Below, one piece after another: positions 8,540 through 18,452 of a stretch of DNA of 64,000 nucleotides. The stretch's first letter is position 1, and every line of letters starts with the position of its first letter. The position numbers and the translations under genes were made by a program. Origin of the DNA: Phycisphaeraceae bacterium (lineage in GTDB: Bacteria; Planctomycetota; Phycisphaerae; Phycisphaerales; Phycisphaeraceae); NCBI GenBank assembly GCA_963674705.1, contig OY771506.1:1024001-1088000 (forward strand), given 5' to 3'. The notes under the pieces are model-generated. The model made no database searches. It was not told the origin of the DNA and worked only from the letters and a program-made list of their open reading frames with translations.

Positions 8540-10195
8540 ATGTACAAACTCACCCTCATCCTGAAGTATCTGCGGCGCAAGCTAGGACCGATGTTTGCGG
8601 CGTTGGCGGTGATGTTATGTACCGCGATGGTGATCATCGTCATCAGCGTGATGGGTGGGTTCCTGGATTTATTACGCACCTCCGCCAGCCAACTGACCGG
8701 CGACGTGATGGTGCGTGGTTCGATCACAGGCTTTGCACATTACGAGGACTTGATCGATCGCCTCAAGCAGCAACCGGAGGTTGAAGCTGTTTCACCGGTC
8801 ATCGGGATGTTCGGGATGGTGAACATCGGCGGAGAGACCCGGGGCGTAAAGATTCTGGGGATCGAACCGGAGACATTCGCACAGATTGTGCCCTATGAAG
8901 GCACGCTGATGTGGGACGCCGAAGACCGGGAGCAGCAGAACAATATTCTGTCGATGATTTCGCCGGGACCGATCTATGAGTTTGATCCACATGCGGCCGG
9001 GATGTCCCTGCCCATGCTGGGCGTGGGTGACGAGGCCAACAATGTGCCGACCATGGTCATTGGTATCGAGGTGAATCCTTATCAGGATCGCGATGAGCAA
9101 GGCCAGTATGACTTTTCTAACAGCGCGGTAGCCGCCCCGGCAACACTGACCTTGCTGCCGTTAACCGAGCGCGGCGCACCGGCAGAGATGGGCCCGGTGT
9201 ACGCCAAGGCGATTATCGTCAACGAGTTCAAGTCGGGCTTGTACGATGTGGACCAAGGCCAGGTATTTGTGCGCTTCGAAGTCTTGCAGGCATTGCTGGG
9301 GATGCAGCAGCAGGAAGTACAGGCGTTTGACCCGGAAACGGGCGAGACATTACCGGGTAAAGCTTACCGGCCGGCGCGTGTGACGGAAGTGCTGGTGCGA
9401 GGCAAGGATGCGTACACGCTGGAGGAAGTCCGTGCCGGGGTACGCAAGACGGTCAGCGAATTCGCATCGGAACATCACGATGTGTTTCCACCGCGTGTGT
9501 ATACCTGGGAGGAAATCCACGCCCAGTTTATCAGCGCTGTCGAGAACGAGAAAGGGATGGTTACATTCCTCTTTGCGATCATCGGCCTGGTCGCGGTCGT
9601 GATGGTCGGCACGACGCTTTACATGACGGTACTGGAAAAAACACGTGACATCGGTGTGTTGCGTGCGGTCGGCGCCAGTCAGGCAGGCATCATCGGGATG
9701 TTTCTGGGTTATGGTCTGGCGGTCGGCACGGTTGGTGCATTAGCGGGGCTTGTGGCGGGCACACTGGTGGTGACGCGGATCAACGATATTCAGTACTGGC
9801 TGGCGCACTACCTGGGCGTGTCAACCCATTTTGCGTGGTGCGCGATCGGACTGGGTTTAATAGGCTCGGTTGTCGGCGGTGCGATCGGATTCCACAAACG
9901 CCGATTCCTGAAGTATGCGTTTGTGTATGCAATCCTGTTCGGGCTGGCGGGTTTGGCGATTGCGGGGGCCGCGCTGCTGCTCTGGCCGGACCTTGCGATG
10001 AAGCTGAATGAAGCGATCCGTTTTGAAATGTGGAACCCACAACTCTACTACTTCGACCGCATCCCGGACAAAGTGAAGTCTGCCGATGCGTTGTTTATCG
10101 TGCTTGGCGCGATCCTGTCGAGTGTGATAGGGGCATTGATACCGGCGATCATCGCTGCTGAACAGGACCCGATCGACGCGTTGAGGTATGAGTAA
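8540..10195 (+). CDS. Lipoprotein-releasing ABC permease, LolC/E (FtsX-like) family
   Basis: VISVMGGF, FKSGLYDVD, AVENEK, VLEKTRDIGVLRAVGAS, YYFDRIP, DPIDALRYE; followed by lolD. Confidence 0.9.
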   Translation: MYKLTLILKYLRRKLGPMFAALAVMLCTAMVIIVISVMGGFLDLLRTSASQLTGDVMVRGSITGFAHYEDLIDRLKQQPEVEAVSPVIGMFGMVNIGGETRGVKILGIEPETFAQIVPYEGTLMWDAEDREQQNNILSMISPGPIYEFDPHAAGMSLPMLGVGDEANNVPTMVIGIEVNPYQDRDEQGQYDFSNSAVAAPATLTLLPLTERGAPAEMGPVYAKAIIVNEFKSGLYDVDQGQVFVRFEVLQALLGMQQQEVQAFDPETGETLPGKAYRPARVTEVLVRGKDAYTLEEVRAGVRKTVSEFASEHHDVFPPRVYTWEEIHAQFISAVENEKGMVTFLFAIIGLVAVVMVGTTLYMTVLEKTRDIGVLRAVGASQAGIIGMFLGYGLAVGTVGALAGLVAGTLVVTRINDIQYWLAHYLGVSTHFAWCAIGLGLIGSVVGGAIGFHKRRFLKYAFVYAILFGLAGLAIAGAALLLWPDLAMKLNEAIRFEMWNPQLYYFDRIPDKVKSADALFIVLGAILSSVIGALIPAIIAAEQDPIDALRYE

Positions 10196-10244
10196 ATCAT
10201 GCTGGCTGGTGTCTCGTGGCTAGTGGCTCGTAGGTAAAGATGAA

Positions 10245-10973
10245 ATGAATACAGAAAACGCCACAACATCGCTTGCGACAAGCCAGACCCTCTTATCTGC
10301 GCGCGGGCTGCATAAGCATTACAAGATGGGTGGCAAGGACCTTCATGTCCTGCGTGGTGCGGACCTAGATGTAGCGCGCGGCGAATGGGTAACCGTGTTG
10401 GGAGCATCGGGGTCCGGCAAGAGTACGCTGCTGCATCTGATCGGGGGGCTGGATCGGCTGGACGACGGCACGGTCAAGTTCGAGGGGCGTGATATCTATA
10501 AGCTGCGTGGCACAACACTGGATCGATACCGCAACCGTCATGTCGGGTTCGTGTTTCAGAGTTACCACCTGTTGCCGGAGTTGACGGCGCTGGAGAACGT
10601 GTTGATCGGAGCGATGATCCGGTCGTCGGTGTTTGGTTGGCCGGGCAGGCGCGTAGAAGCGCGTGCGCGGGCGGCGGATTTGCTTAAGCGGGTGGGTTTG
10701 GGCGAGCGGATGAAGCATCGGCCGAGCAAGTTGTCGGGCGGTGAGCGGCAGCGTGTGGCGATCGCGCGGGCGCTGGTGAATGAGCCGGACGTGTTGCTGG
10801 CGGATGAGCCGACGGGCAACCTCGATAGCGAGACCGGCAAGTCGATCATGTCTTTGATCACCGACCTGCATAAGCAAGGCCAAACAATCGTGATGGTTAC
10901 GCACGATCAACAAATCGCGGCGTCGGCAGATCGCCAACTATGGTTGCGCGAGGGGAAGTTACAAGATAATTAA
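10245..10973 (+). CDS. lolD: Lipoprotein-releasing ABC ATPase
   Basis: [60 protein letters not shown]. Confidence 0.88.
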   Translation: MNTENATTSLATSQTLLSARGLHKHYKMGGKDLHVLRGADLDVARGEWVTVLGASGSGKSTLLHLIGGLDRLDDGTVKFEGRDIYKLRGTTLDRYRNRHVGFVFQSYHLLPELTALENVLIGAMIRSSVFGWPGRRVEARARAADLLKRVGLGERMKHRPSKLSGGERQRVAIARALVNEPDVLLADEPTGNLDSETGKSIMSLITDLHKQGQTIVMVTHDQQIAASADRQLWLREGKLQDN

Positions 10974-10992
10974 CCGCGAAGGTGCGAAGATG

Positions 10993-11088
10993 TTTAGCCG
11001 CCAATAAACGCTAAACAACGCAAATAAGATTTGGGCTCTCTCACGATATATCTTTATTCGCGTGTATTAGCGTTCATTCGCTGCTAAA
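10993..11088. repeat. Palindromic element with decamer-unit arms (AATAAACGC type)
   Basis: tttagccgccaataaacgctaaacaacgcaaataa ... ttattcgcgtgtattagcgttcattcgctgctaaa; second copy at 30144-30261. Confidence 0.8.
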
Positions 11089-12637
11089 ACTCCGGCTTGA
11101 CCAACATGTACTTTCTCACACGGTAGCGCAGAACATCTCGGGTGACGCCGAGTTTTCGGGCGGCGGCGGACTGGTTCCAGCCGGTGATGGTAAGCGCCTG
11201 GATGACGAGTTCACGCTCCTGATCAGCGAGGCGTGAGTTGATGGGGTGCGTTGGCGGGGTAGGTGCGCCAAGTGCGATGTGAGTTGTGTGTGGCGTTGGT
11301 ATTGGTTGAATGGCGGATTCACTTGTGCCGGCCACAACTTCCGGTGGCAGGTCCTTGAGTTCGATGCGGCCTTCGCCGAGGAGCGAGGCGCGTTCGGTGA
11401 CGTTACGCAACTCGCGGATGTTGCCGGGCCAGGAATAACGAGTCATGGCGTCGAGCGCGGCGTCGGAGATGGTGGCGTGTCCTAGGCCAAGCTCTGGGCC
11501 GAGAGATTCGAGGAAGTGAGCGACGAGTGCGGGGATATCTTTGCGTCGGTCGGCGAGTGGGGGCAATTCGATGGGGAAGACGTTAAGCCGATAGAACAGG
11601 TCTTCACGGAACCTGCCGATGGCGGACTCCGCGAGCAGGTCACGGTTGGTTGCGGCGATGACGCGTACATCACAACGGAGGGTTTGCGTGCCGCCGACAC
11701 GGACGAACTCGCGTTCCTGTAATACGCGGAGCAGTCGCGATTGGCTGGACATGCCCATCTCGCCTATTTCGTCGAGGAAGATGGTTCCGCCCTCGGCGAG
11801 TTCGAATCGGCCTGGGCGTTGTTCGGTCGCGCCGGTGAAGGCGCCTTTCTCGTGGCCGAACAGTTCACTTTCTAATAAAGATTCAGTAAGCGCGGCACAG
11901 TTAACGGCGATGAAAGGTCGATCGCGGCGCGGGCTGAGATTGTGAACCGCGCGGGCCATGACCTCTTTGCCCGTGCCGGTGGGTCCGGTGATGAGGACGC
12001 TGGTGCGTGTGGGCGCAACTTTGCGCGCTAAACGCAAGGCTGCGCGTAGCGCGGGACTGTTGCCGATGACAGTGAGCGCCGGCGATGCATCGCGAAGCGA
12101 TGTGTTGTCGCGGCTGAGTTGGTCGAGTGTTTGTACGTTGCGCGCAGCGCTTGCTGTCAGGTTGGCGAAGAGTTTGAGAAGTTCGAGATCGTGGTCGTTG
12201 AATTTTTGTTTGTTTATCGGGTTGATGACTTCGACGACGCCGACGGTTTGTTTTGCGTAGATTAGTGGAGCGGCGAGAAGGCTGTGGGTTTGCGTGCGTG
12301 TCTTGCGATCGATGTCGGGCAGGAAGTTGCGGTTGAGCGCGGTGTCGTCGATGCGCGTGGCTCGGCCGGTCTTGATGATCTGGCCGGCGATGCCTTGGTC
12401 GGCGTCGATGCGTATGCCGACGAGTCCTTTGCTGCCCGGACCGACGGCGGCGCGGAAGATCAGCTCGTCGCCGGCGTCGGAAAGCATGAGGACGCTTGCG
12501 CCTTGAGCACTCAAAACGTCGGCGGCGTGTCTGGCGAGTTGGGTGAAGACTTCGTCTAGCGCCTGGCCTGATGTGACCGCGCGACTGGCTTCGACCAGTG
12601 CAAGGAGGGTTTTGCGATCGAGGGCGAGTTGGGGCAT
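11084..12637 (-). CDS. GAF-domain sigma54-dependent transcriptional activator (NifA/FhlA-like architecture)
   Basis: N-terminal GAF, GPTGTGKE, ESELFGHEKGAFTGA, GTIFLDEIG, FREDLFYRLNV, WPGNIREL, C-terminal Fis HTH. Confidence 0.95.
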   Translation of the reverse strand: MPQLALDRKTLLALVEASRAVTSGQALDEVFTQLARHAADVLSAQGASVLMLSDAGDELIFRAAVGPGSKGLVGIRIDADQGIAGQIIKTGRATRIDDTALNRNFLPDIDRKTRTQTHSLLAAPLIYAKQTVGVVEVINPINKQKFNDHDLELLKLFANLTASAARNVQTLDQLSRDNTSLRDASPALTVIGNSPALRAALRLARKVAPTRTSVLITGPTGTGKEVMARAVHNLSPRRDRPFIAVNCAALTESLLESELFGHEKGAFTGATEQRPGRFELAEGGTIFLDEIGEMGMSSQSRLLRVLQEREFVRVGGTQTLRCDVRVIAATNRDLLAESAIGRFREDLFYRLNVFPIELPPLADRRKDIPALVAHFLESLGPELGLGHATISDAALDAMTRYSWPGNIRELRNVTERASLLGEGRIELKDLPPEVVAGTSESAIQPIPTPHTTHIALGAPTPPTHPINSRLADQERELVIQALTITGWNQSAAARKLGVTRDVLRYRVRKYMLVKPEF

Positions 12638-12932
12638 GGGGTGTAAGGGCGTAGGGCGCAGAATGTCATAATTTTACCCGTTATTGGTGAATAATCTAGT
12701 CCTATTATTGGGTAATTTTGCCCATTATTTCGGGTTTTGGTTAGGGCGCTGGAGGTTGCCCGGGATCGCCCCACCATTTTTGTTGAAATACAAAACCTTT
12801 GTTTATAAGCGCTTGTGAATGCAGACGCCCGATTACTGGTGGTTTTTTGTTATGGGAAAAAGGGTTCTGGCATGGGGGGTGTGATGTGTAGGGCGGACAC
12901 ACAAACACAAACCCCTTTGAAAGGAACTGACG

Positions 12933-14000
12933 ATGACGACCGCCACCCGCAAGATCAAAACCAACAATCCTCGCAAAGCCTCGATCCTGGCGCTGGCCGG
13001 CCTGATGCTTGCGATGGGGACGACTCCGGCGAACGCCTTGTTCGGCATGAAGGAAAAAGAGGACGGCAAGAAGAACGATCGCGACCAGATCCAGGTCGAG
13101 GCGGAAGAGCATCTGGCGATGTTGTCGGCCCCGCTTCCTGAGATTCCCGGCCCGAAGCGAACCGTAGCCGTCTCGCACTTCGATGCGGTCGGTTCGTTTA
13201 CCCGCGTGCATGGCGGGTGGGATGTCGGCGGCGGTTTATCGGCGATGTTGACGTCAGCGTTGAGTGAATCCGATCGATTCATCGTTCTTGAACGCGGTAA
13301 CCTCAGCACCGTCATGAGCGAGCAGCAGCTGGCGGCCAATGGTTTGACCAACCAGGAAAGCGGCGCCCGGGCGGGTCAGTTGATGGGTGCCCAGATTTTG
13401 GTGATGGGCAGCGTGACCGAGTTCGGGCAGAACAATTCGGGGGGCGGGTTCAGCATCGGCTTTGCCGGCTCGGACCTGGGTGGAGCGATCTCGCCTCAGT
13501 TCTCGAAGGGTTATGTCGCGATTGATGTGCGTTTTGTGGACTCGACGACAGGCCAGGTGCTTCGTAGCGTAACTGTCCGCAAGAAGATCAAGTCCAGTGC
13601 TTTTGCGGGGAGCATCAACTTCGAAGGCATCAGCATCGGTGGGAACAAATTCAACTCAACACCTTTGGGCGAGGCTTGCAGGGAAGCGATCAATGAGATC
13701 GCGCAGCAGGTGGCGGCGGAAGCGGCGATGCTGCCGTGGGCCGGGCGCGTGGTGGATGCGGACCTGGGCGAGGTGTACGTGAACGCCGGTGCCGACAGCA
13801 ACGTGCACATCGGCGACAGCTTCAAGGTCTACCGCGTGACGAAGGTCCTGACCGACCCGACGACAGGTGAACTGCTGGGGCAACGCAAGCGGCAGATCGG
13901 CATGGTTGAGATCACGAGTGTTCAAGAGAAACTCTCGATCGGCACGTACCACAAGCTGCTGGATGTTGAGCCGCAGCGGAACGACATCGTGTCTGAGTAA
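12933..14000 (+). CDS. CsgG/HfaB-family exported protein with FlgT-C-like C-terminal domain
   Basis: Signal peptide ending ANA; RFIVLERGNL...EQQL, GAQILVMGSVTEF, VAIDVRFVDSTTGQV; C-terminal VYVNAG...DPTTGELLG. Confidence 0.82.
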   Translation: MTTATRKIKTNNPRKASILALAGLMLAMGTTPANALFGMKEKEDGKKNDRDQIQVEAEEHLAMLSAPLPEIPGPKRTVAVSHFDAVGSFTRVHGGWDVGGGLSAMLTSALSESDRFIVLERGNLSTVMSEQQLAANGLTNQESGARAGQLMGAQILVMGSVTEFGQNNSGGGFSIGFAGSDLGGAISPQFSKGYVAIDVRFVDSTTGQVLRSVTVRKKIKSSAFAGSINFEGISIGGNKFNSTPLGEACREAINEIAQQVAAEAAMLPWAGRVVDADLGEVYVNAGADSNVHIGDSFKVYRVTKVLTDPTTGELLGQRKRQIGMVEITSVQEKLSIGTYHKLLDVEPQRNDIVSE

Positions 14001-14074
14001 GCCGTCGTCTGTTAGCCCATAGTCGTTAGCACAAACCAAATATACGAAATCACAAACACGCGAAGGGATAGATC

Positions 14075-15520
14075 ATGAATCGCATCGAGAACATCATCCT
14101 GACATTAGCCGTGGCCGCGGCACTGATTGCGGCGAACACGGTGGAAGCATGTCCAGACTCAAAATGCCCTTGCCCGGAAACGGGCGTGACGAACGAACGG
14201 CCGGCAAAGGAAGTAAGCGAAGACCCACGTGATGGATTGCTGGGTGAACCGGTTGTGAAGACGCAGAACAGCACACGCTCCGTGCGTGACCTAGAACTGG
14301 AAGAAGCGAATCTCGAATCCGGGATGGGCAAAAAAGATGGGCTGCCGGGTCTGCCACGTGTGAAGACTAAGACCGGCTACCGCCTGCCGCGTGATGTGAA
14401 CCTGGAGCGGGTCAACCGTGGCAAAGAGCCTTACCCCACCGACGGCCCCTGCCCTGAAGATATGGACGAGAAGCGCAGGAAGACCGCTGAAAACGACCGG
14501 ACACGCACCGCCAACGAGGCGGGCTCGCTGCTGAAGCATCACACGCCGAAGCTGCCCGGCTTTAGCGGAACACGTACCAAAGACGGCGAATTGGTGGACC
14601 GTGACCGCCTGATGGATTCTCTCAAAGACGCGGCCAACAAAAACAAGAATCTGAATAACAAAAAGGATGCGAATAAGAACACGACGTTTGAAGACACGCT
14701 GCGACGGGCGGGGATCGATCCAGCGGACCTGGAAGGCGCTAAGTACAAGCACTTCGACAGCAGCACGAAGATCACGATGTCGGATGGCACGGTGATCTGG
14801 ACCGGCCCGGATGAAGATGAACTGGGTACGAGCGTGACCAAGCCCAACGGCGATCAGATCGAGGTCTCGCCGGACGGTCGGGTCTCGACAAGGCGGGGGC
14901 AAGATGGTGACACGATCACGCATCATCCAAGTGGCACGACCACCCTGTACGACCCGAAGCAGAAAACGTTAACGGTCACGGACAAGCATGGCCGAACGAT
15001 GACCCACCCGCTGGACTTCTACATGTCCTGGTTCGGCAAGGGCTGGAGTGTGGACGACTTGTTAGACCTGTTGAATCCACGTCCGGGTCAGAAGGACAAG
15101 GGCAACACCACGTTACATGACACTCTGCGTCGGGCGGGCGTGTCGGCGGACGACCTAAAGAACGCCAAGAGCATCGAAACCAGCGAGCACAGCAACTCGG
15201 TCAAGATCACGTTGCAGGACGGCACGGAAATATGGACCGGCCCGGACAGCGACGGGTACGGATCGAGCGTGACCAAGCCCAGCGGGGATCAGACGGAAGT
15301 GTTCCCCGATGGCCGAGTGTCCACCCGCCAAGGCAAGGACGGCCACACCGTGACCACCCACCCGGATGGCACCACGACGGATTACAACCCCGAAGACGAC
15401 ACGATGACTGTCCGTGACGGCAAAGGCAACAGTGAAACACGAACCATGGAGTACTGGCAGGACTGGTACAAGCAAGGCCATACCCCTCAAGACCTGCTTC
15501 GACTCTACAACCCTGAATAA
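14075..15520 (+). CDS. Secreted hypothetical protein with two ~135-aa tandem repeats
   Basis: Signal peptide (AVAAALIAANTVEA); NTT..DTLRRAG...IWTGPD...SVTKP.GDQ.EV.PDGRVSTR.G.DG repeated at 14678-15079 and 15104-15517. Confidence 0.8.
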   Translation: MNRIENIILTLAVAAALIAANTVEACPDSKCPCPETGVTNERPAKEVSEDPRDGLLGEPVVKTQNSTRSVRDLELEEANLESGMGKKDGLPGLPRVKTKTGYRLPRDVNLERVNRGKEPYPTDGPCPEDMDEKRRKTAENDRTRTANEAGSLLKHHTPKLPGFSGTRTKDGELVDRDRLMDSLKDAANKNKNLNNKKDANKNTTFEDTLRRAGIDPADLEGAKYKHFDSSTKITMSDGTVIWTGPDEDELGTSVTKPNGDQIEVSPDGRVSTRRGQDGDTITHHPSGTTTLYDPKQKTLTVTDKHGRTMTHPLDFYMSWFGKGWSVDDLLDLLNPRPGQKDKGNTTLHDTLRRAGVSADDLKNAKSIETSEHSNSVKITLQDGTEIWTGPDSDGYGSSVTKPSGDQTEVFPDGRVSTRQGKDGHTVTTHPDGTTTDYNPEDDTMTVRDGKGNSETRTMEYWQDWYKQGHTPQDLLRLYNPE

Positions 15521-15529
15521 AAAACCGAC

Positions 15530-15545
15530 TGGCACAGACCTTGCA
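15530..15545 (+). promoter_or_regulatory. Sigma54 (-24/-12) promoter
   Basis: TGGCAC-AGACC-TTGCA matches TGGCAC-N5-TTGC exactly; ~95 bp upstream of AGGAG-N7-ATG at 15639; sigma54 activator in the same locus. Confidence 0.8.
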
Positions 15546-15638
15546 CTAAACCTGATAGCCCCGGGCGGTTTGCCCGGGAAAAAAAGCAGTACCTCATTCA
15601 ATACCGAACAGAAGCACACAAACCATAGGAGACACACC

Positions 15639-17624
15639 ATGAAAACTTACAAGACCAACACGATGCTGACCGCTCTCGCCGCCTTGACCGTTGCCTGCCC
15701 CTCGCTTGCCGAAGCTCGCAACCGTAACCTCGCCACCACCGGTACCGTCACCGTAGTCGATCGTGAAGACATCGAACTCACCGGCACCACCAATGTGCAG
15801 GATGCACTGCGAAACACGCCCGGCATCGTTACCGATGCTTATGGCAACACCTACGGCACGAACAACGCCAATAACATCAACCTCCGTGGCCTGGGCAATG
15901 ATCGATCACTCACACTGCTTAATGGATGGCGCCAGGTTCCGAACTCGGTACTTTACGGCCCAACCGGTGAGTTCATCCCGAGCAATATCGAACGCGTCGA
16001 AGTTTTGCGCGGGCCCCTGGGCACTTTGTATGGCCGCGACAAGATCGATCTGAATCTGAGCGCCCCGTACAACACCAACTACGAAACCGAGACCATCAAT
16101 GACACCACGGGTTATGACGTCGGTGCGGGTTACTGGTACGACGATAGCGATGTGCGGATCAATCCCGGCGTCAACTTCGATCCTAAGGGGCTGGGTACGG
16201 CGGGCATCGATCCCACGATCCAGTACAACCCAGAAACCTGGGACACGACTGTCACCACGACAAACGAGTCGTGGATACCGACGACTGACACACCCACTAC
16301 GCCGGTTGAAACAACGACCACAACACCGACCGAGACAACGACTAATACAACGGCAAACACCACGAACACGGAAACCACGACACCCGCCAGTTCACCCTGC
16401 CCTTCGACGACGGCTAGTAACAACGAAACCGCTACGCCCACCGCGAACACGCCGACCAGCACCACGCCCAGCGTGAACTATGGAGACTACGGCAACTATG
16501 GCGGTTCGTACGGCGGGTACAACAATCCGTGCGACAAGATCAAAATCGACTGGGATAAGATCGCGGAAAACTATCAGCAGGACGCCGCCGACCAGGCGAC
16601 CGGCCTGATCCGCTACAGCCAGCCTAAGCCGTTCTTCGACTACCGCTACTACAACACCGCCAACGATGAACTCTACAACCGCCAAGTCATCGGCAACCAG
16701 TTGGCGGCTAGCGTGAACCTGTCGCAAAACGCCAACATCAGCGGCTGCTACGCCGGCCCCGGTTACGAATTCGGCCCGGGTGGGTATCCCGACCCGAATA
16801 AGCCGTACGTCGGCGGGAACGATGCATCCAAGACGTACTACCGCGTCGGCTATGACTTTCCTACGTTCCCGATCAATGACGGTGAAGGTTCGGATGACAC
16901 CGGTAGCGAAAAGGAAGAAACCACGACCAGTGCCACCAAGACCGAGCTGCCGCCGATCCCCGAGTACAGAACGACGGTCAGCCCGATCGATCTGAAAGAG
17001 ATGAGCGACCGCCAGTTAGAGCTTGAGATCAAGTATGGCCCAGGCCTTGTTGAATCCTATCAGCGCGAAGCTAAGGAACTGCGTGATGATGCGGAACGTT
17101 ACCGCAAGATCGCCCAGGACCGTCGTGATGCGGCCAAGCGAGCCCGCGCCGATGCCGAACGTGCCCGCAAAGAGGCCAAAACCAAGGACAGCCGTGAGTT
17201 CTGGGAACAGCAGGCCGAGGCGTACGGCGCGCATGCCGAGATACTGGAAGACGGTGCGAAGATCACGGACCACGCGGCCGACGATGCGGATGCCGCCGCC
17301 AAACGATACGAGCAGGATGCGGTGCAGACAGCGGAGAACCTTGGTCAAGCGGTGAACGAATACACCCATCGCCAAGGCATGAAGGTAGCGAAGGCCGCAC
17401 AGGAACACGCGGCGCAAGAAGCTGAGGCGGCAAGACTCGAGGCTGAAAGGCAGCGTGAATTGGATGAATTGATCCGTAGCTCGCAGCAAAACCCACAAAA
17501 CAACGACGCAGACAAACAGAGCAAATCAAACGGTAACCGGGATCGGACTTACCGTCCCGACGGGCGGGTACCTCGGCCCGGCGAAGAACCGCGTAATGAA
17601 ACCCTGCGCAAACTGCTTGAATAA
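15639..17624 (+). CDS. Exported protein with TonB-dependent receptor plug domain, Thr-rich linker and coiled-coil C-terminus; no complete beta-barrel
   Basis: RBS AGGAG; signal peptide; VTVVDREDIE, DALRNTPGI, INLRGLG, LLNG, IERVEVLRGP.GTLYG plug motifs; ORF track start 15414 is upstream of the likely start. Confidence 0.8.
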   Translation: MKTYKTNTMLTALAALTVACPSLAEARNRNLATTGTVTVVDREDIELTGTTNVQDALRNTPGIVTDAYGNTYGTNNANNINLRGLGNDRSLTLLNGWRQVPNSVLYGPTGEFIPSNIERVEVLRGPLGTLYGRDKIDLNLSAPYNTNYETETINDTTGYDVGAGYWYDDSDVRINPGVNFDPKGLGTAGIDPTIQYNPETWDTTVTTTNESWIPTTDTPTTPVETTTTTPTETTTNTTANTTNTETTTPASSPCPSTTASNNETATPTANTPTSTTPSVNYGDYGNYGGSYGGYNNPCDKIKIDWDKIAENYQQDAADQATGLIRYSQPKPFFDYRYYNTANDELYNRQVIGNQLAASVNLSQNANISGCYAGPGYEFGPGGYPDPNKPYVGGNDASKTYYRVGYDFPTFPINDGEGSDDTGSEKEETTTSATKTELPPIPEYRTTVSPIDLKEMSDRQLELEIKYGPGLVESYQREAKELRDDAERYRKIAQDRRDAAKRARADAERARKEAKTKDSREFWEQQAEAYGAHAEILEDGAKITDHAADDADAAAKRYEQDAVQTAENLGQAVNEYTHRQGMKVAKAAQEHAAQEAEAARLEAERQRELDELIRSSQQNPQNNDADKQSKSNGNRDRTYRPDGRVPRPGEEPRNETLRKLLE

Positions 17625-17909
17625 AATTGTTCGCCGCCCAGACGAGTAGAGATTGCCAGAAACCCATGGAGCACCGACTGGATCTGTGGGTGGGAAACCC
17701 TCTCACCATACCTGATAGTCATTAATCCAAAAATGAATCCTAGAAGGGGTTTAATGAGATTGACTGACCGGTCGATCGTCTGATGTGTCCGCCCCATTAA
17801 TGCCCGTAGATCATGATCTACGGGTATTTTCATTGCGCAAATGCCGCAACATACTCTTTCAATTTGCTGCTTGAGCCTTTACCATGGCCTGCCACATGAA
17901 AGGGCGATC

Positions 17910-18452
17910 ATGTTACAGCAAATCGATATTAAGTTGTGCATCGTGCTCCTCGCGCTGGGCGCGACGGTCACGGTGTGGGCGAAGGATGAAGACAAGACGG
18001 ATGATGCCAAAGCACCGCCCGAGTTGAGCGTGCAGATCAACGAAGCGGTCGTGCGCGGCGAACCCAGTTTCCTCTCACCCGTATCCGTAACATTGCGGTT
18101 CGGCGACAAGGTGAATCTGCTGGATGAAACCGAAGATTGGAGGAAGGTTCGCCCTGTTGAACAATACGTCGATGGTTGGATGCATGTCTCGGCGTTGACC
18201 GAGAAGAAGATCGTGATCGAGGCCGGGGAAAATGATGCGAATGTCGACGCCAGCAAACAGGAGCTTGTTTACGCCGGCCGAGGTTACAACCAGGAGGTCG
18301 AAGACAAGTTCCGTGAAGAACACGAAGACCTTGATCAAGCTTACAGTAAACTCGATCGGTTGTTAGCCGATCCGAGAGGCAAGGTGACGCGCGAGCAGAT
18401 CATGCGGTTTATGCGAGAGGGCGAACTCGATGGGAATGGGGGCGGGAGATGA
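17910..18452 (+). CDS. Exported SH3-like domain protein
   Basis: Signal peptide; VRGEPSFLS...GDKVNLL...WRKV...GWMHVSAL; ELVYAGRGYNQEVE. Confidence 0.75.
   Translation: MLQQIDIKLCIVLLALGATVTVWAKDEDKTDDAKAPPELSVQINEAVVRGEPSFLSPVSVTLRFGDKVNLLDETEDWRKVRPVEQYVDGWMHVSALTEKKIVIEAGENDANVDASKQELVYAGRGYNQEVEDKFREEHEDLDQAYSKLDRLLADPRGKVTREQIMRFMREGELDGNGGGR

Noticed and set aside
12933..14000. Canonical curli operon
   Set aside because: No csgA/B/E/F-like genes or curlin repeats; the CsgG homolog lacks a lipobox Cys and has an extra C-terminal domain
15414..15638. N-terminal 75 codons of the 736-aa ORF
   Set aside because: They overlap the previous gene and contain the sigma54 promoter; the RBS and signal peptide indicate a start at 15639
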